Below, piece after piece: positions 56,541 through 64,000 of a DNA stretch of 64,000 nt; positions within the stretch are counted from its first letter, which is position 1; every line of letters begins with the position of its first letter. This DNA is from Adineta vaga. Lineage: Eukaryota; Animalia; Rotifera. The position numbers and the translations under genes are program-made. The notes beneath the pieces were generated by a model that saw only the letters and a program-made list of their open reading frames with translations, was not told where the DNA came from and did not search any database. Location: contig CP075493.1 of assembly GCA_021613535.1 (NCBI GenBank), forward strand, positions 10,106,001 through 10,170,000, read 5' to 3'.

Positions 56541-58247
56541 ATTTTCTTTGTTTTTTTCTTCTCTTCCGGTGATTTCATTTATTTTCTCTTTCTTTCTCCG
56601 TCCAACTGAATGATCCCACTATGATTGCATATATATAAACATATATATATATATATTATTAATAATTAATTTTTTTGTAAATTGTCTGATAAATAATATT
56701 TTTCTTCTTTCTCTTTTTTCGCTATGTATATTTCTCTGATATGTGCTTGTCCTCTCTCCTTAACTATAACAGTGTAATTTGGTAATGAGTTATTTCTTCC
56801 TCTTCGAATATCATTTTGTTCTCGGTATTTCGAACCAGAATATATATCAATGACATAAGAGTATAGTTTTATTTCTTGATTTACTAACAGAAATATGAAT
56901 TATGAATAAATAAATACATAAATACATGGTCATATGATTTTCAATTGAAACTTATTACGCATACGAACATATGTTCAAAAGAATAGTTAAATATTCTTAT
57001 GTAATAAACTCATCCATCAGTCATAACAAGAATAACAATATTGTATAGTAATGGACTTGAAATGTATGTCTATATAAGTGTTACAAAAAAGATAGATCTA
57101 TTGCGATATTTTTTTACAGGATACAAACATTCGCCCCCGTTTATATCGATACTCCTACTCGTTAGAAAGATAAGATGTCCTTGATGTTATCTGGCAAAAG
57201 AAAGAAGAGTGACAGTAAATGAATATATGATTATCATCTTTTTGAGAAATAATAACGATATGAAACAAAATAAGTCTATTAATTTAACGCACGATTACAT
57301 ATTTCAATCCTTTGGTTTTTTGATTTTCAAAGAACTTTTTTGTTATTTTTCTATCTTAAGAAAAATAGAAAATAAACATTATTTACTAAGTATAGTACAG
57401 TTCTATGGATGTGTCCGGATGTTCTATTCAAAGTTCTTTTCTTTCTTTTCCTTTTGCTACTGTTATTATTATTTAGTCGTCGTTTATCTGGCCGTGAGGC
57501 GAGCGACTTTCCAATCAGCATTGGATATAACTGTACTGATATATCAGCAAGAATGAGAAGAGAGAAGAAAAGAGAAAATTGTCTCCGTATTTTTTAGGGC
57601 TGCAACTACGTACATATATAAATGCATACACACACTATCCTTCTTCTAGAATACGTTGTCGTTTTCTTCTTCTCTTTTTGTTGACGTTGTTAGTTGTCTC
57701 CAGTATCCGTGCCAGAAAAGATCAGAAAAAAAACGTTATTGCCTTTTCTTTTTGTTCTTTTTTGTACATGTTCTTTGGGATAATCGAGTTTCTCTATTCT
57801 TTTTGCCGAATAGAGTATTATTAAGAACTGGATAGTAAGAGAAAAATAGAAGATTTTCCCAAAACAACATCAGAAAGCTATCGTCGTTGTTGTCTTCGTG
57901 ATCGTGTCGATATTTAATAGGAAACACAGGAGAGAAGAAGGAACGAGAGAGGGAGCGAAGGAGGTTTTTCTCGAAAACAACTATTGAGTATATGCATTGG
58001 CTAAAACTTCTTTCAAATGTAAGACTAAGAAAATTCCATAGAGAATGTAATACATATAAATAATCAGTGTTTGTATATGAATATGTGATAACAATAATTG
58101 AGCAACTGTTCTTGCTCAATCAATCACTAGTTGTCCTCTACTTCTTTCTTCTTTTCTTTTCTTTTTTTTTTCGGAGTCTATTACGTCGTAATTATATCTT
58201 CTAAACAATCACATTGTAGAAATATCCAAATAGATTTATCAGAAATC

Positions 58248-58910
58248 ATGCGTTCATCTTACGATCCACATCATCATTCATCATTATCTTCATTGTCTAA
58301 TCGTAATTACCGTCATACAACTCCATCAACCTATTTAGATCTAGGTTCAACGATTGGTGGAAGTGAACGAGCGGAATTTCGTGATCGTTATCAAAATCGA
58401 GTAAGAAAATTTTTTTCTTTGATTTTTATATAAAAAAAAAACATTGATTTTCTTCGACAGTATGCATGGCTTGAAAAAAATCATGTCAATGAAGTTGGTT
58501 CAACATATAATACATTAGGTAAAAAAGTTGATCATAAACCATCAGCATGGAGATGTGAAGATCAAGCTGAAGCTGGAAAGTAAGATGAATTTGTATGAAA
58601 ATGAAACTAAAGAATATGATTTGTTTTGTTATTTAAGAGAATTCTTACGCATGAACGATGAATGTGCTGATAAAATATACGATATTCGTGAACAGAGTGA
58701 CATGAATCGTGAATTTCTTCTCAATGCTGATGGTGTTGCACCAAGATTTTATCAAATGGAAGCTGATGCTGTATGTAGAATAATAAAAAATTGTTTGTTT
58801 TTCGAGAAATAATTCTTTTTTTCTTTTAGTTAAAAAATCGTTACGAATTAAATAATATGAAACGTAAATTAGAGGGTATTAAACAATTACGTGCTCGTTT
58901 ATTCAAATAA
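58248..58910 (+). CDS. Small 4-exon protein of unknown function (~160 aa)
   Basis: GT-AG introns join MRSSYDPHHH...RYQNR|YAWLEKNH...EAGK|EFLRMNDEC...EADA|LKNRYEL...RLFK* in one frame. Confidence 0.7.
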
Positions 58911-60854
58911 TAATTCAATGATTTTTCACTACACTTCAACAAAAATATTTTAGTTTATTTTTAATTTGTATTTATCAATTCTGGTGACATACAAAAGCAC
59001 AACATATTAACGGTCGGAGATCGATTTAATATATAATTTGTTTTTGATTTTCTCATTTTTCTTTCGTTTCTATCTACCGTTCATTTCTTTGCTAACCCTC
59101 TACACAATTCTCTAATTTCAACAATCATAATCAAACAAACGAATATTAACAAGGTTGATCTGTTGAATTTCTCTCTCTCTTTCTCTCTCGTCTTTTTTTT
59201 GTAATAACTTTGAATGATAAAAATAAGAACACATATATCAACTATTCATATACACATACATACTTAAATAAATATCCCAGTAAAATACCCACAGATGAAC
59301 AGTTGTTGAAAATATTTGAATCAAACTACTAGATATCATTAAAGAAATTATTGATGAGACTGTGTAATTAATCGAAAGAATATGGTGTCAAATGCACACA
59401 AGAATATCATAGAATCGATCGATACCGCACCGATTAACACGGATGATTGATTTTGACTTATAAAAAACAAATCTATCATTTATTTACAAAAATTATTTTG
59501 TTTTCATTGATGAGAACCCTTTGCTAATAATTAGAGAAAATAAACTCTAAAAAAGACGCGACTCACTACATATGACCTACCAAATAATCATATGAGTAAA
59601 GCAGTTCTTATACGTCCGTAAACGGTCATGTACGACTATGCTGTTTTTTACCTGGAAACATCAAGTGTTTCAAAACTGCATTGTTTATTTTAGAAAATAA
59701 GGTTAGAAAAGAAGATCTAGAAAGATTACGATTGAAAAAACAACTGAACTGAATTATATTTTATACTTCTTTCAAAATAGTGACTTTTTGCGATCATACT
59801 GATGAAGATGATATATGCACTGAGCTATCAATGCAAGAATCTCTGCTTTTTGTTCATCATTTATCACAAGTACAGTTTGATATTGTCCATTGTCAAACAT
59901 ATAGTTTGCTTCTTGCAAGGCTATTTATGTTACGAAAATAAAATCGAAACAGAAGAAAATTTCACGAAGATGTCGAACTAAACCTAAGATCAAGTTCAAC
60001 GCAAGCAATATATCTCAACATCAACAAGGTTCACCATGGAATTCAAAAACATATTGTACATGTGCACTTTGCTTTCGACAGCAAAATATATTAAAAGGTA
60101 TAAAATCGAAAATATTGATTAAAAAACATTCCTATTATTTCTTAGAGATATGTTTGATTTAAATACAATATATTTATTACTTTCAAACATGTCGAATCAA
60201 AGTGTACGCTCTCGTATTCTGAGTCAATTGTAAAGTAGCGTGTATTATTTATGATGTGTACATCTGCCATAGCAAACAGTGTATTTCAATATTCTTTGTT
60301 AAAGTAAAAAATTTCATAGAGTGATGACTCATCATCTGTCTTATATTGAATGATTAATATAAAACATTTTCCATCAATCAAAAAGTAAACCAATAATTTT
60401 TAATTTCTTAAAATAAAATTTTCTTCGACCTTTGTACTAAAGAAATGATTTGATTTTCTATCTGACGGTGATGTCGCTAGTGTCGTTTTAGAAAAAACAC
60501 AAAGACCTCTACACATAATGAATGTCAATGTAGATCATTATGGCTGTTGATCCTCAACATTTTGTAAATGTAAAATGTGGATAATGAAGTTGGATCAGCT
60601 GGAATTTCTTTTGTCAAAAGTTCGTCAATTACAAATATTGTTTATTCTCTTTAGATTCTCTGGTCAAGCCTAACCAAAAAACTAAAAACACTATTTTATT
60701 ATCTTATTCATATTTTGCAATTGAATTATTCAATTAAGATCGACACTTTGTCATTAATTTTTATTATTAGTTTTTTTCATTTCTCTGCATTTTAATTTAT
60801 TCAAATCTCTAAACGTTAATATTCAAAATACATTCTTTTGTTTCTTCGAATCAA

Positions 60855-62021
60855 ATGGCAGCCGGCACACATATGGCTGCAACACAACAAGCAGCTGATG
60901 ATCAAGCATCATCACTTTATTTTTCTGGTATATGTCAAACAATATCAGTTAAATGTCAACATCGAAATGAAAATGGTTTACTAACATGTTCAAGAAATCT
61001 TTATGTGTCGTGTAGGCTTTTCTCTTTGGTTTTATTCATTTTCATTTAATTCGATTCAAATTTTAGGTCCACATTGTCATTTACTACTTTGTATTGATCA
61101 TATTCATGAACATGAAAATTTACTACGATATGAAATTGAACAATTAATCAATGGTATAATGATACAAATAATATTTTCTAATGTTGACGTATTGTTTTTT
61201 TCTCTTTATGAATAGAAACTAACATTGTGAAAGCAAATATTCGTGCATTATTAACAACTTCTCAGCAGCAACCATCATCAACTACTGCACAAGTTCTTGA
61301 TGAAAAACAACGTACACTATGTGAATTACTTGAACGATGGGCTACTGTTGGAAAAATTTCTATGTCACAAGCAGCACTTATTCAACACCAATGTGGTTAT
61401 ATTAGTCAAACTACTCAACAACAAGCAGCTGCAGCAGCAGCATCAACTGCAGCCGCTGCTGCTGCTGCACTTGCTGTTGGAACAACAAATCATCATGTTG
61501 CTCATCATGCAGTAACTGCACAACAAAATGGTACTGGTACGACGAATTCAAATAAACTTCCATCACATCATCAACAGCATCATACAAATAGTGCACAAGG
61601 AAATCATCATCAAACTAATTCACATCATCACGATCGATCCTCACAGCAATTAGCAGTGAATGTAGTTAAAAAAAGACGAAGTGGGAAGAATAAAATTGTT
61701 ACACTATTGATGAAAAATGCTGAAGGAGAATATGAATGTGTATGTATCTTAAATTTCCTATGAATCGAATATTTCTTGCTACTCATTTCTTAACTCAGAG
61801 ATCGTTTTCTATCTGTCTAGTCGAAGAAGGAAAATTTGTTTTGCATTAAACCATAGTGTTTTGTATATTTGCGTCAATAATTAAAAATCCTTTTTTTTTC
61901 TTTCTTTTAGCCAAATATTCAATGTCGGAAGTCTCTCAAATGTCAAGGAATCACGGCACATGTTAAAGCTTGTGCAGTTGATTGGCTGAAAGAAAATGGG
62001 CAGTATCTTAATTTAAATTAA
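60855..62021 (+). CDS. Unknown protein with an N-terminal Cys/His cluster, polyA/H/Q linker and C-terminal C2HC-type zinc finger
   Basis: PHCHLLLCIDHIHEH; spliced YEC|PNIQCRKSLKCQGITAHVKAC (C-x4-C...H-x3-C); basic KKRR patch. Confidence 0.65.
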
Positions 62022-62853
62022 CTATCATTAACAATGAGCAAAGAGACAAACAAAACTATGTTTTTGTTTTCGTTTTTGTTTTTACAAAGCTCGCATTCTT
62101 CTCCACATGTAATTGATCATCGCTGTAGTTTGTCTCTGTACATAAGTTTTTTTTCTTCTCTGTATGTTTATGTGAGTATCTTGTTCAACTTGTATACATC
62201 GTCTGTATCCTTCTTCTAGTTGATTCCTATTCTAAAATTCAACACTGATATGTATTGCGAAAATCAGACAAAAAAACTCGAAAACTTTCTTTTTCATTTA
62301 TGTGTGTATGTGTGTGCTATGTCGTCCCTTTTCTCTCTCAACTTACAGATATATGTATAAGACCGAAATGAGAGAAAATATCTTCATCTGTCTCTTTTTT
62401 TTTGTGTATGTTTCTGTTGTAACAAAGTTTTTTCTTTTCATATTCCTTTCAAATGCAACAGACAAAAAGCAGAAAACAAAATTTTTTTTTGGTTCGTTTT
62501 TTCTAGATTTTTTGTTAATAAAATGTCAACAAGAACAAAACTATTGTTCAATATTTCATATAAAATAACCATTAAAACCTTGTTATGCATATGAATATAC
62601 AGAAAAGAAATTTCATTGAATTGCGCAAGTACATTCTTTCCAACACGTGGTGAAAGAACGTTGATTTATGATTTATACGAGGTTTTGCGTGTCTGTTCTT
62701 TCTATTTTGACGCATACTGTCGTCTAATATATGAGTCATCACCCAACACGTCAGTCTCCGTATTTTTTCTCAACTATTTAAATAGCACAAAAACAAAACG
62801 ACCAATTCATTCTTCATAAAATTTCACATTAAAAAGTAACTTTACAAATTTTC

Positions 62854-64000
62854 ATGTCTCCATTAAGTGGCAAGACATTTGTACTTGAGCTTGGTCGAGA
62901 AATTCGTTTTAAAGCTAAACAAGAACTAATTAACTATTTACGTGAACAAAATGCGCAGATTTCATATATATTAACTGCTAGCGTAGGTTTTTCTCTCTCG
63001 ACATATCTGAATCATTATCGATTGAAACTTATTTTTACTCTAGACGGATTATGTTTTGGTTTCGAATGATATTGATACATATAAAACTCGTCGAGCAAAA
63101 CAACTCGGCATACCATTGGTTAATGTTGATTATATTCATGAATGTCGTAAATCAGAAGTTGGAAAAGAACCATCTGATATTAAACGATTTATTGTGACAT
63201 CAGCAGAAGATAAAGAAAACTTCTCAAAAACTGGTACTATACCAGTTTCAGGTTAATATACGAAGGTTTCTTTAGAAAACTTATATTAATACTTCTTCTT
63301 CTTTTGCATAGGAGGAGGAAGTTCGTCAGGTAGTGTAATAAAACCTGTTAAATATGATGTATCAAAAATCAAAATATGGAATTCTGATGATGTGGAATTA
63401 CCATGTTTCGATGAAATTACACATGCTGAAATTGGCAAATGGGCAATCTTCAAAGTAAAAATCTTGAGATAATCAATTGACTCTATTCATTTTCTTGCCG
63501 TTTTCAATAGGAAACAAACGATCATTCAGATATTCATTTTGCGCTTGAATTACAAATCATTTCCGAAGAATATTATCATCAACAAACAAATAATGATTAT
63601 CAATTTCGATTTCGTTATGAAAAACAAACAATTATCAGTTCGAAAGGTAAAACTTCATTAATTCAATATGCCTTCAGTCATGATATTAATGAATTACATC
63701 AATTATTTGCATCGTACTATTATCGTATTGCAACAATGCCAAGAATAACTCGAATTCGAGAATTATTACCCGATAAATTAGGTTCCAAATTATTATTACG
63801 TGTAAGTTACTTTTCTTTCTTTTGCCATAGAAAAATATATTCTTCAATTTTAGTCATTATTTCTTCATCGAATTGATACACAAATGCTCGATGATAATGT
63901 TTGTCAATTGATTGAATCACTTTGGATTGAATCGATTGGAGATTTAAATAAGATTCTTTCTGTTCAACCTGAATCGATTGCATTGAAAACAGTATGACAA
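62854..64000 (+). CDS. PARP4: PARP4 (vault PARP)-like protein, 5' part (BRCT onward), truncated by the window end
   Basis: N-terminal BRCT-like LSGKTFVL...KAKQELINYL...ISYILT...LGIPLVNVDYIHEC, then LELQ...GSKLL...VCQLIESLW. The catalytic domain is not in the window. Confidence 0.6.

Overview
AT-rich, gene-dense metazoan DNA with many short (~50-70 nt) GT-AG introns. Gene content and style (intronless GPCR and F-box genes, an RNAi RdRP, bacterial-type genes among ordinary animal genes) fit a bdelloid rotifer; this taxonomic call is inference. About 23 protein genes are present. Conserved ones are TNPO1, AGAP, USP14, dynein light chain LC8, FABP, malic enzyme, GALNT, MZT1, CCDC186, TBC1D20, SNX13 and the 5' part of a PARP4-like gene. 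The most unusual region is 22.4-30.4 kb. It holds (1) a ~4.4 kb intronless sacsin/NOV-type GHKL ATPase fused to a DarT-like DNA ADP-ribosyltransferase toxin domain, broken by two compensating frameshifts and one stop, with no DarG antitoxin in the window; (2) an intronless F-box/beta-trefoil-like gene; (3) a Pol-beta nucleotidyltransferase spliced to an uncharacterised duplicated ExH-motif domain. Other highlights: two tandem GALNT lectin exons only 37 nt apart (probably mutually exclusive), a compact RdRP, a probable dual-targeted malic enzyme, and a 1-nt frameshift in SNX13. All domain calls come from reading motifs by eye; no database search was run.
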